Notes under the pieces: model-generated
The model's database searches: none
What the model was told of the DNA's origin: nothing
The model's input: the letters and a program-made list of their open reading frames with translations, nothing else
Assembly: GCA_963814585.1 (NCBI GenBank)
Contig: CAWFDF010000004.1
Span: 1 to 64,000, forward strand
From: an uncultured delta proteobacterium
GTDB taxonomy: Bacteria; Myxococcota; Myxococcia; Myxococcales; Anaeromyxobacteraceae
Direction: 5' to 3'
Length of the DNA: 64,000 nt
Made by a program: the position numbers and the translations under genes
Shown: positions 43,071 through 52,402 of the stretch, piece after piece
How the letters are laid out: each line of letters begins with the position of its first letter
Numbering within the stretch: position 1 is the stretch's first letter

Positions 43071-45218
43071 TCAGCTGCCCACGGCGGCGAGCGTCCCGGC
43101 GAACGGCCCGACGGGCGCGGACCCGTCCAACGGCACCAGGGTGACACGGCTGTCGTCGCCCTCAATCGCCGCTGCCCAGCCCGTGATCCCCGTGATCGCG
43201 AAGGAGGCGCCCAGCAGCCCGTCTGCGGGGACGGCGCCGATCGTGCGCACCATGAGCGCCGCGCCACCCTCGTCGTGGACCTCCTTCAGGACGCCGTCGT
43301 CGAGGACGAGCAGTGCCGAGCCGTCGGGCAGCCACGCGGTGGCCTGCTCCAGGAACGGGTACGGGAGCCGCGAGCCGCCGGGCCGGCGCCACTCGGCAGG
43401 GCACGTATCGAACCCGCAGTGCACGACGACCTCGCCATCGGCGCCTGCCCACCGCTCCGCCCCGAGGTCCAGGTAGGGCGGCGCACCTGCGTCGCGCTCC
43501 ACCATCGTCCCGTCCCAGCGGATCGTCATCGAGACCGGGTCCACGTCCTTCGAGGCGAGGATGCCGGAGCCGTCCCCATCGACGATGTAGTGCCCCGGGA
43601 ACCACGGCCAGGGCGGCGCGTCGGGGAGGACCAGGTCCACCGGCGTGCCCAGCCCGTGGTCCGGGATCCGGCGGGCCACCTCGGACCAGCCACCGTCCAG
43701 TCGCGCCTGGACCGTGAAGAGCAGGGTCCCATCCGAGAGCCAGACCGGCGCGGAGCCCATGATCGGCCGCGACACGCCGCCGTTGCCGAACGGGTCCATC
43801 GTCACGATCGCGTTGTCGTCAGTGTCGCGGTCCTCGATCGAGACGATCTCGAAGGCCACCCAGCCATCGGCCGAAATCCGGACCTGGGCTGGGTCGCCGG
43901 GCTCCCAGCCGTCCGGGACCGGCAGGTCAAAGCGCTCGGTGGCGACCGGCTTGCCCTCGCGCGCCACCGTGAGCGCGAGGATCCACGCGCCCGACGCCTC
44001 CTCCTCGATGGCGGCGATGGTCATGGCGCCGGGCTGGGCCATGAGAGCAGGCGACACCTGGTCATCGGCGAAGGTCTCGCGCGGCGAGGGCTCGCTCACG
44101 GAGGGCGCGGGGCGTGACGGCGGCGTCGGTGAGGGCTGCGATGACGGGGTCTCCCTGGCGGGCAGGTCCACCCGGACGATGTCCTCGGCCCGGTACTGGC
44201 CGATGACGGTGGGGTTGACGCCCCAGCCGGCGTGCGTGCACAGGGCGAGCCTGGGGCACGCGTCGGCGACTGGCTCGAAGCGGACGAGGAACGGACCCTC
44301 GGCCACGCCGGAGTCGTCGAGCTCGGGGCCAGCCCCGACAATCGTCACGGGCCCCTCGCCCCCTTGGCCCAGCTGGCGGGGCCGCACGTCGGCGAGGCGA
44401 TCGTCCGAACGGACGCAGCTCGCGGTGGGTGGACAGCCGATGAAGTAGCCGCTGACGGGCAGGATGTCGAACCAGCTGGACCCGTTGGGGTAGCCGCGCC
44501 GGTCCACGAGCGCCTCCTGCACGGTGACCGGGTTGCCCAGGACGCCCGCCAGGTAGCCGAGAAGCTCCAGTCGGCCATCGGCAGGGCGGACCAGGAACGG
44601 GCCGTCCCACCAGTCGTAGACGCCTGGAGCCGGGGTGCTCGTAGGGGACACGAGGGCCGACTCGACCGGCCCGTTCCAGTCGACTGGGATCCCCGGGAGG
44701 CCGGTGAACGAGTAGGGAGGTGGACACCGGTCGACCGCGCAGACGGCTCCCGGCTCGAGACTGCCATTCACGAGGACGATTTGCCCGTCCAGGGAGCCGT
44801 CGGCCACGGCCAGCGCGAACGCGGTTTCCTCCAGTCGCTCGACGGTCTCGCCCAGCTCTGCCTCCAGCGATGCCGACGGGCCAGGGGAGCCCGACGGACC
44901 CGCTGGCACGGACGTCGCGCTCGGGTCCTCGGTCGGGCGCCCGCTCAGGACCGCGATCACCAGCACGGCGGCCGCGACCGCAACGCCCCAGCCGGCCCAC
45001 CCGCTCATCGCGCCCGCCCGGTCGCCGATGGGCAGGAAGCCCAGGATCCCGCCCGACCGGCGCGCACCGAGCTCGCCGTGGACGCGGCCCATGACGTACG
45101 TACTCGCGTCCGGGGCCAGCCGGTCCGCGCGCGCGCGAAGCATCGTCTCGACGGCGTCGTCGGTCACGCCGAAGCGCCCGCCGTCGATTGTCGCCGGCCG
45201 GTCCTCGGGCGTCGTCAT
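43071..45218 (-). CDS. Putative anti-sigma factor: single TM plus large extracytoplasmic region
   Basis: ATGA overlap with the ECF sigma gene; short cytoplasmic N-terminus, TM GWGVAVAAAVLVIAVL, Pro/Ser linkers, several Cys pairs. Confidence 0.7.
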   Translation of the reverse strand: MTTPEDRPATIDGGRFGVTDDAVETMLRARADRLAPDASTYVMGRVHGELGARRSGGILGFLPIGDRAGAMSGWAGWGVAVAAAVLVIAVLSGRPTEDPSATSVPAGPSGSPGPSASLEAELGETVERLEETAFALAVADGSLDGQIVLVNGSLEPGAVCAVDRCPPPYSFTGLPGIPVDWNGPVESALVSPTSTPAPGVYDWWDGPFLVRPADGRLELLGYLAGVLGNPVTVQEALVDRRGYPNGSSWFDILPVSGYFIGCPPTASCVRSDDRLADVRPRQLGQGGEGPVTIVGAGPELDDSGVAEGPFLVRFEPVADACPRLALCTHAGWGVNPTVIGQYRAEDIVRVDLPARETPSSQPSPTPPSRPAPSVSEPSPRETFADDQVSPALMAQPGAMTIAAIEEEASGAWILALTVAREGKPVATERFDLPVPDGWEPGDPAQVRISADGWVAFEIVSIEDRDTDDNAIVTMDPFGNGGVSRPIMGSAPVWLSDGTLLFTVQARLDGGWSEVARRIPDHGLGTPVDLVLPDAPPWPWFPGHYIVDGDGSGILASKDVDPVSMTIRWDGTMVERDAGAPPYLDLGAERWAGADGEVVVHCGFDTCPAEWRRPGGSRLPYPFLEQATAWLPDGSALLVLDDGVLKEVHDEGGAALMVRTIGAVPADGLLGASFAITGITGWAAAIEGDDSRVTLVPLDGSAPVGPFAGTLAAVGS

Positions 45219-45772
45219 CGGCCGCCCTCCCGCTCCAGTGCCCGGTCGAGCGTGCGACGCGCGGCGAACAGGCGGGACTTGGCCGTCCCCACCGGCACCT
45301 TGAGCACGGCGGCGATCTCGGCCAGCGGGCGCCCGTCGAGGTGGTGGAGGACCAGGATCGTCCGCTCGTCGATGGTCAGGCGCCCGAACGCGCGCTCGAG
45401 GGCATCGCGCTGCCCGATGCCGGTCACGCGCGCATCGACCGACGACGGCTCGAGGGCGGAGGCGGCGACCTCGTCGGCGGGGATCTCGCGCACCCGCTGG
45501 CGGACGACGCCACGGAGGCCGCGCTTGCAGCGGTTGACGAGGATCCGGGTCAGCCACGCGTCGAAGGCGGCCAGGTCGCGCAGGGAGGCGAGCTCGCGCC
45601 AGGCGATGACGAGCACGTCCTGGACGGCGTCGAGCGCCTCGTCCTCCCGGCCCAGGATCGCCATGGCGGTGCGCGTCATCGGTCCGACCCGAGCCTCCAC
45701 GAGGGCTTCGAATGCGGCGGCGTCACCCTTCCGGGCCCGTCCGATCAGATCCGGGTCCACTGGCGCCGCCAT
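45215..45772 (-). CDS. ECF RNA polymerase sigma factor
   Basis: GDAAAFEALV, DAVQDVLVIAWREL, FDAWLTRILVN, EIAAVLKVPVGTAKSRL. Confidence 0.93.
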   Translation of the reverse strand: MAAPVDPDLIGRARKGDAAAFEALVEARVGPMTRTAMAILGREDEALDAVQDVLVIAWRELASLRDLAAFDAWLTRILVNRCKRGLRGVVRQRVREIPADEVAASALEPSSVDARVTGIGQRDALERAFGRLTIDERTILVLHHLDGRPLAEIAAVLKVPVGTAKSRLFAARRTLDRALEREGGR

Positions 45773-46018
45773 CAGCCCTCCTGTCTCGAAGGAGTCACGC
45801 GGGATCGTCGGGGTTCACGCGGACCTGCCACAGCATCCCCGGGTTGGGGAGGAGGCGGGCGGGATCGACCAGGGTCACTTCGGCCCCGCCGGGCACGGAG
45901 GGCGCGTCGTCGCCGTGCGCACGGAGGATCGCGCGCATTGCCGGGATGTCGCCGGCGGTCGCCGGGCGCGTGGTCCGCGGAGGTGCGGGATGGGGCATGG
46001 TGCAGACCCGGGCTCGGC

Positions 46019-47200
46019 CTACGCCCTGGGCCGCCCCGGCCGCCCGTACTTCGCCATGACCGTGAGCAGGCGATCGTGGTCCAGTCCGTACGCCGTGATC
46101 CCGTCGCGACCGACCATCGTCCTGCCCGCGAGCAGCGCGTTGACGACTGCGGCCTCCACGGCCTCCACGGTCGCCTGGAACAACGGCGAGAGCGCCTTGT
46201 CGACCACCATCCGGGTCTCGATCGTCTGCCGTCCGTCCTGCTCGCTGGCCGACACGCCGAGCCCGCGGTTGCCCGTGGCGAAGGCGATGAAGATGTCGCC
46301 CGAGCCGTTTGACGCGATGCTCCCCATGCGCGCAAGCCCGAGGCCCGCCCGCTGCGCGATCCGCTCGCACTGGTGGGGCAGGAGCGGGGCGTCCGTGGCG
46401 ACCACCACGATGATCGAGCCGCCCCCGGGCCCCATGCGGCCGGACATCGACGGGGCGGCGTCGGTTGCGCCGGGGCCGTCGATCTCGACCTCCTGGTCCC
46501 AGGGGCTGGGAACCTCGCTGGTCGGGATCTCGAGACCGACAGGGACGCCATCGATCCGGAGGAGGTTGCGGGACCCGTAGTTGGCCTGCACCAGCGCGCC
46601 TACGATCCAGCCCCCGTCAGGGTCCGACAGGCGGCGCGACGCGGTGCCGATGCCGCCCTTGAACTCGTGGCAGATCATCCCGGTGCCGCCGCCGACGCCG
46701 CCTTCCGCGACCGGACCACGAGCGGCGGCAGCGAGAGCGGCGTCGACGTGGGCCGCCGTCACGTGGAAACCGTTCATATCGTTGAGGGCGCCGTCGTAGG
46801 TCTCGCCCACGACCGGCAGCGACCAGAACGTGCCCCTCCCGGCATGCGCATGCGCCGCGTGCGCGACCAGTGCGTCACGGACGACGCCGACGCTGTGCGT
46901 GTTGGTGATCCCGATCACGCCGCCGAGGAGGCCCGATTCGCGGACCCACTCGAGGCCGGTCAGCTCCCCGTTGCCGTTGAGGCGGTGGCAGCCCGCGAAC
47001 ACCGGCTCCGTGAACACCTGATCCTCGTGCGGGACCACGATCGTGACGCCGGTGCGCACCGGCCCCTGCCCGACGACGAGCGGGCCATCGCCCTCGATGA
47101 GCGTGGTGTGGCCGACGAGGACACCGGGCACGTCCGTGATGGCGTCGTGCTCACCTGGATCGAGCAGGCCGATGCGCAGGCCGAGCTCTCGAGCGCGCAC
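46019..47200 (-). CDS. P1/DmpA family (L-aminopeptidase/D-esterase) peptidase
   Basis: AITDVPGVLVGHTT, NGNGELTG, PVVGETYDG.LND, GGGTGMICHEFKGGIGTASR, autocleavage G/SIIVVVATDAPL. Confidence 0.92.
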   Translation of the reverse strand: MRARELGLRIGLLDPGEHDAITDVPGVLVGHTTLIEGDGPLVVGQGPVRTGVTIVVPHEDQVFTEPVFAGCHRLNGNGELTGLEWVRESGLLGGVIGITNTHSVGVVRDALVAHAAHAHAGRGTFWSLPVVGETYDGALNDMNGFHVTAAHVDAALAAAARGPVAEGGVGGGTGMICHEFKGGIGTASRRLSDPDGGWIVGALVQANYGSRNLLRIDGVPVGLEIPTSEVPSPWDQEVEIDGPGATDAAPSMSGRMGPGGGSIIVVVATDAPLLPHQCERIAQRAGLGLARMGSIASNGSGDIFIAFATGNRGLGVSASEQDGRQTIETRMVVDKALSPLFQATVEAVEAAVVNALLAGRTMVGRDGITAYGLDHDRLLTVMAKYGRPGRPRA

Positions 47201-47259
47201 GCAACACCTCCCTCGCGACTTCACCGGCCGCATCGGTGCGGCACGCCTATCATCGCCGG

Positions 47260-48804
47260 GTGCCCCCGACTCCGAATGCCAATCTCGCCGCCCGATCGCC
47301 GGCCTCATCGGCCCGCGCATCGGTCGCACCGCGCCTGCTGCGTCTGCCCGCGCTCGATGCGATTGCGCCGATGGACGTCGCGGAAGCATTCCGCGACCTT
47401 CCGGGTCTCGCGCTGCTCGAGAGTGCGCGCCCCGGCAGGACCGGTCGCTGGAGCTACCTGACGGCCGATCCCGTCGCTGTGCTCGATGCCCCGGCGGAGG
47501 GTCCCGACCCGTTCGCAGAGGCCCGTGCGCTGCTCGCCCGCCTCGATGGTGCCCCGGCGGCGGCGGTCGGCACGCTCGCCGGCGAGAAGCGGCCTGCGCC
47601 GCCCTTTGCCGGCGGCCTTGTCGGCTATCTCGCCTACGACCTTGGCCGCCGCCTCGAGCGGCTCCCATCGACCACGGTGGTCGACCAGCACCTGCCGGTG
47701 CTCCGACTGGCCCTCCACGACTGGGCCATCGCCTGGGACCGCCGTACGGGCACGGCGTGGCTGGCGTGGCGAGCAGTCGATGGCAGGAGCGCGGCGGCCG
47801 AGCGCCGCTCCCGCGACGTTCTCGCCAGAGTCGAGGCGCTTGCTCGCGGTGAGCTGCCTGGGGCGGGCGGCGCGTCCGCTTCCCGCGCCGCGTCCGGTTC
47901 CGGCGCCGCGTCCGGGTCCGGCGCCGCTGGTACCGCGGACGCCCCCGTCGCGTTCACCTCCGGCACCACCCGGGAGCGCTGGGTCGCGGGCGTCGAGGCG
48001 GTTCGTGCGTCCATCGGTCGCGGCGAAATCTACCAGGCCAACCTGACGAGGCGGCTGGCCGCCCCGTTCTCAGGGGATCCGTGGCCGCTGTTCCGCCACC
48101 TGCGGACGGGTGATCCGGCCCTGTTCGCCGGGTACCTCGACATTGGGCCATCGCCGGCGACCGGGACCCAGCGCGCGCTGCTCTCTGCGTCACCCGAGCC
48201 GTTCCTGTCCGTGGATGGCGAGGGCAACGTGGCCACCGACCCGATCAAGGGCACGCGGCCACGAGGGCGGTCACGGGACGAGGATCGCTCGCTGGCGCGG
48301 GAGCTGCTGGCGAGCCGCAAGGACCACGCGGAGAACGTGATGATCGTTGACGTTCTCCGAAACGATCTTGGCCGGGTCTGTGAGCCGGGCTCGGTGCGAG
48401 TGCCGCGGCTCCTCCGGCTGGAGCGCACGGCCGCGGTCCAGCACCTCGTCACCACGGTGACCGGCCGGCTCAGGCCGGACGCCGATGCCTTCGACCTGCT
48501 TGCAGCCTCGTTCCCGGGCGGCTCCATCACGGGCGCGCCCAAGATCCGCGCGATGGAGATCATCGAGGGCCTTGAGCCGGTCCGCCGCGGCCCGTATTGC
48601 GGTGCGATGGTGTGGCTGGGACCGGACGGACGTCTTGGCTCATCGATCCTCATCCGGACCTTCGTTGCGGATGGGGAGCACCTCACGCTCCACGTTGGCG
48701 GTGGCATCACGTGGCGCAGCGATCCCGTCGAGGAGTGGGACGAGACGGTCGCGAAGGCGCGTGGGCCGCTCTCGTCCATTGGCGCCACGGAGGTGGAGAC
48801 ATGA
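47260..48804 (+). CDS. pabB: Aminodeoxychorismate synthase component I (anthranilate synthase I family)
   Basis: LLESA, GLVGYLAYDLG, GEIYQANL, SASPEPFL, PIKGTRPR, AENVMIVDVLRNDLG, FPGGSITGAPK. Confidence 0.85.
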   Translation: MPPTPNANLAARSPASSARASVAPRLLRLPALDAIAPMDVAEAFRDLPGLALLESARPGRTGRWSYLTADPVAVLDAPAEGPDPFAEARALLARLDGAPAAAVGTLAGEKRPAPPFAGGLVGYLAYDLGRRLERLPSTTVVDQHLPVLRLALHDWAIAWDRRTGTAWLAWRAVDGRSAAAERRSRDVLARVEALARGELPGAGGASASRAASGSGAASGSGAAGTADAPVAFTSGTTRERWVAGVEAVRASIGRGEIYQANLTRRLAAPFSGDPWPLFRHLRTGDPALFAGYLDIGPSPATGTQRALLSASPEPFLSVDGEGNVATDPIKGTRPRGRSRDEDRSLARELLASRKDHAENVMIVDVLRNDLGRVCEPGSVRVPRLLRLERTAAVQHLVTTVTGRLRPDADAFDLLAASFPGGSITGAPKIRAMEIIEGLEPVRRGPYCGAMVWLGPDGRLGSSILIRTFVADGEHLTLHVGGGITWRSDPVEEWDETVAKARGPLSSIGATEVET

Positions 48805-49709
48805 CACCGGCCGGTCCGTCGTTCGTGTGGGTGGACGGATCCGTCCGTCCGGCCGAGGGACCGCACCTGTCCGTGTTCGATCGCGGCTTCCAGCTCGGTG
48901 ACGGGGTGTTCGAGACGCTCCGGGCCCGCGGCGGACACGTGACCGAGCTGGTCGAGCACACGGCGCGCCTGCGACGCTCCGCCGCCGGGCTGGCGATCGA
49001 GCTGCCGGCAGACGTCGGGTCGGTCGTCGCCGCAGGGATCGCCGATCTCCTCGCCGCAGAGGGGCTGGACGGGGCAGACGCCGATGCATCGGTGCGGATC
49101 ACCGTGTCGCGGGGCCCTTGGACGTCCCGTGGCCTGCTGCCACCCGCGTCGGTGCACCTGGTCCCGACCATCGTGATCCAGGCCTGGCCCGTGGCCCCGG
49201 CCCCGGCGGACCACCTTGAGCGCGGGCTGTCGCTGGTGGCGTCGGCAATCCGCAGGGATCCGTCCAACCCCATCGTGACCCTCAAGACCACGTCCCGGGC
49301 GGATTACGTCTACGCCCGGCTCGAAGCGCGCCGGGCGGGCGCTGAGGACGCGGTGTTCCTGACCATGTCCGGCCACCTGTCCGAAGGCACGACCGCGAAC
49401 ATCTTCCTCGTCCGACGCGCGCCCGATGGCGTCGTGGAGCTGGCGACGCCGGCTCTCGACTGCGCCATCCTGGCGGGCACGACCCGCTCATGGCTGCTGC
49501 GCTGGGCTGCCGCCGTCGGACTCCGCCCCGTCGAAGGCTGGCTGACCCCCGACGAGCTGGCTGCCGCAACCGAGGCGTTCATGTCGTCGTCGGTCGCCGG
49601 GGTTCTCCCGGTCACCCGGTTCAACGGCCACCCGATCGGCAGCGGCGTGCCCGGCCCGTGGACGCTGCGGGCGCGCGCCGACCGCGAGGCGTTCTTCGGC
49701 GAGGGTTGA
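48801..49709 (+). CDS. Class IV aminotransferase, probably 4-amino-4-deoxychorismate lyase
   Basis: DRGFQLGDGVFET, LKTTSR, SEGTTANIF, ILAGTTR; ATGA overlap with pabB. Confidence 0.82.
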   Translation: MTPAGPSFVWVDGSVRPAEGPHLSVFDRGFQLGDGVFETLRARGGHVTELVEHTARLRRSAAGLAIELPADVGSVVAAGIADLLAAEGLDGADADASVRITVSRGPWTSRGLLPPASVHLVPTIVIQAWPVAPAPADHLERGLSLVASAIRRDPSNPIVTLKTTSRADYVYARLEARRAGAEDAVFLTMSGHLSEGTTANIFLVRRAPDGVVELATPALDCAILAGTTRSWLLRWAAAVGLRPVEGWLTPDELAAATEAFMSSSVAGVLPVTRFNGHPIGSGVPGPWTLRARADREAFFGEG

Positions 49710-49775
49710 CGTCCGGGCGCACGGCGCGTCGAGCGGGGCGCATGATTGCGGCAATCGGGCATCGGAGGAGACCCC

Positions 49776-50201
49776 ATGCGACGACTTGCCCTCGCGGCCG
49801 CGGCGGCCGTGTGGACCGCCGCCTGTTCGAGTGTGCTGGTCCCGTGGCCGTCGCCCAGCGACCTGCACGTTGTCAACGAGACAACCAGGGCCATGACGAT
49901 CCTGGTGAATGGAGCGTTGGCGACGACCGTGCCCCCGCAGGAGTCGGCCACGCTCCCGGCGGCGAGCCTGCCCGCGGCCGGCTATCGGGTAGAGGCGCGG
50001 TTGCCGGGCGGCAGGGTCGTGCTCGGAACGCGGGTGGATCGGGCGAGCTTGACCGACATGCCCGAGGTTGGCGGCAACGCGATCGTCTCGGGCTCAGACA
50101 TCTGGGCCGATCTCTCCTGCGGACGGATCGGCATCTGGGTCGGAACTCAGGCCGACAAGCCACCGGCTGGCTCCGGGACTCCTGGCGACTGCGAGGGCTG
50201 A
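49776..50201 (+). CDS. Small lipoprotein
   Basis: GGAGG RBS; MRRLALAAAAAVWTAAC lipobox. Confidence 0.7.
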   Translation: MRRLALAAAAAVWTAACSSVLVPWPSPSDLHVVNETTRAMTILVNGALATTVPPQESATLPAASLPAAGYRVEARLPGGRVVLGTRVDRASLTDMPEVGGNAIVSGSDIWADLSCGRIGIWVGTQADKPPAGSGTPGDCEG

Positions 50202-50277
50202 GCCCGGCCCAACGGGCGGTAACGCCGGAGGTGTCGGAAGCCGTCCGTTCGCTGGAAGGCCGATAGACTGAGCGCCG

Positions 50278-50884
50278 ATGACCCGCGTCGAGCTGATCCT
50301 CCGCACCCGCCAGCTCATCGCCGAGGGCGAGCGGCTTGACGCCGCCCCGTCCCTCACCGCGCTCCAGACCTGGCTCCAGCTCTCGGACGACCTGCTCGCC
50401 ACGGCGTGGGGAACGATGGACAGGTACCACCTCGCGTGGCTGATGGTCGGCAAGCCCAAGGGGATCGTCCGGGGCCGCGAGATGACACCCCGAGGAGGAG
50501 GCGGCCTACGTCCGCGAGGTTGCCAGCCAGAAGAACGCGGCGCTCCGGATGAGCCTGGACGCCGTCGAACGGCAGGGGATGCCGTTCCGCGGCGAGACCG
50601 GCGGGTTGGGTCCCGGGCAGGGCATGGGCGAGATGCCGGCCAACGGTTCGCGACCGGGATCGACCGAAGACGACGCCCCCGCTGCGCCGCACCCGGCCGC
50701 CGAGCCGGGACCCTCGAACGAGGCCGTAGCGATGCGCCACGCGCATCTGGCGCAGGGGTCCCGGAGGTCCATCCCGCTCGATCCCGAGCTGCAGGCCCGC
50801 TTGGACGAGGCGCGACGGGCGGCGGGCGACCACGCCGGGCACGACGAGCGGCGCGCCCCGCGTCCCGAACGCCTCCAGCGCTGA
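50278..50884 (+). CDS. Hypothetical protein (apparent frameshift near 50490)
   Basis: MTRVELILRTRQL...YHLAWLMVGKP then EEEAAYVREVASQKNAALRMSLDAV... in another frame. Confidence 0.6.
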
Positions 50885-50930
50885 CGACGACCCGGAGAGG
50901 CGCCGGCGGGACCCGGGCCTCGTCACCGGC

Positions 50931-51511
50931 TCAGCGCACCCGCACCGCCGCCACGGCCCCGGCGAGCACGATCGAGAGAAGCGCCACCGGCCCGTACCGC
51001 TCGCCCACGTAGTCGGGCAGGCTCAGCACCCCGCCCTGGACCAGCGCGTAGGCCCACTCCAGGACGATCCCGCCCGCGACCGCCCAGCCTCCCAGGAGTG
51101 CCGCAACCGCGATGCGTGCGGTGCGCCCTGCACGCCACCCTCGCGGCCCCGCCAGACCAGCGCCAGCGCCGTCGCCCAGCCCAGGAACGCCGCCACGGCC
51201 ACCAGACCCAGGCCGATATCGATCATGCCCAGCGCGAAGACGACCAGCGCCCCCACCGTCGAAACGACGACCGCGAGCAGGAGCACCGCGGCGCGCGATC
51301 CGCGCGTCGGCGCGGGTGCAGGTCCCAGATCGGGCGAACCCCCCGATCGCGCGGATCCCGTCGGACCCTGCCGGCTCGAGCCGGGACCGGGGCCGGATCC
51401 GGCACGCTGGCCGGCTGTGCCATACCGCTCACCAGGAGCGCGCTCGAGGCGGCGGACCTCTCCACCGGGAGCCGGTGACGGCGCGGACGGGGGCGTGTCG
51501 GGTTCAGTCAT
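50931..51511 (-). CDS. Membrane protein (apparent frameshifts at 51080-51140)
   Basis: MTEPDT...RRLERAPGERY, hydrophobic segments; C-terminus GGVLSLPDYVGERYGPVALLSIVLAGAVAAVRVR* in another frame. Confidence 0.6.
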
Positions 51512-51558
51512 CCCGCCCATGCTACGCGTCGCCCCGTCATCGGGGTATCCTCCCGTTC

Positions 51559-52041
51559 GTGAGCCACCCGTCCCTCGGCCTTCCGCCGCGCAGCCTCCAG
51601 GCAGGGTTCCCGGACGCCGCCCAGCGCCTGCGCACGCAGCGCGCCGCGCTCGCGATCCGGGCGCTCGAGGTCGCGGTTGACGCGGACCCCACCATGCGCA
51701 CCCGGTACGACGACACGGGGCTGCGGAACCTCCTGCTTGACACCGAGGTCCACGTGGACCGGCTCGCGCTCTGCGTGGCCGGCAACGACCCGCACTGGTT
51801 GAAGGAGTTCGCCGACCAGGCGGCACCCGTGTTCCGGCGCCGCGACGTGGCCATGGACGACGTGGTCGGGCTGCTCGACGGGATCCGGGCTGCGGCCCGC
51901 GGTGTCCTCTCGGAGGACGAGCGGGAGCCGGCCGAAGCAGCACTCGACGCCGCCAGGAAGGTGTACCTCTGGTACCGGCGCCTGTCCGGCGACGCCCGAA
52001 AGCGCAACCGGATCGTCGACGCGATCTACAAGGGCATCTAG
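51559..52041 (+). CDS. All-alpha protein, possibly globin/phycobiliprotein-like fold
   Basis: Helical pattern RYDDTGLRNLLLDTEVHVDRLALCV..DPHWL..F; TATCCT 7 nt before GTG. Confidence 0.65.
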   Translation: MSHPSLGLPPRSLQAGFPDAAQRLRTQRAALAIRALEVAVDADPTMRTRYDDTGLRNLLLDTEVHVDRLALCVAGNDPHWLKEFADQAAPVFRRRDVAMDDVVGLLDGIRAAARGVLSEDEREPAEAALDAARKVYLWYRRLSGDARKRNRIVDAIYKGI

Positions 52042-52049
52042 GAGATCGG

Positions 52050-52397
52050 ATGACGATCAAGTGGGTCAAGGTGGACCCGCTAGTGATGAACGGCGAGCCC
52101 TTCTGCTACGGCTCCCGCCTCACGGTCCGCCAGGTGCTGGAGCTGCGCAGCAACGGCTACACCGTCGTCGACCTGCTCAAGGATCACCCCGAGCTCCGGC
52201 TCGTCGGCATCGCCAGCGCGTATGCCTACGCGGCCGCGAACAGGGACCGGTACGCCGACTTCTTCGCGGAGGACGGATCCCTCGTCGGCCCAGGGTGCAC
52301 GGATTCCGAGGCTGCCGCCCTGCCCGAGAGCCTGCGGATCCCCGGCGTCGTGATCATGGGCGCCGCGGCATCCGCGGGCCCGGCCACCGCAGGCTGA
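52050..52397 (+). CDS. DUF433 domain protein
   Basis: VDPLVMNGEPFCYGSRLTVRQVLEL..GYTV.DLLKDHPEL....IASAYAYA. Confidence 0.8.
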   Translation: MTIKWVKVDPLVMNGEPFCYGSRLTVRQVLELRSNGYTVVDLLKDHPELRLVGIASAYAYAAANRDRYADFFAEDGSLVGPGCTDSEAAALPESLRIPGVVIMGAAASAGPATAG

Positions 52398-52402
52398 GCA
52401 AC

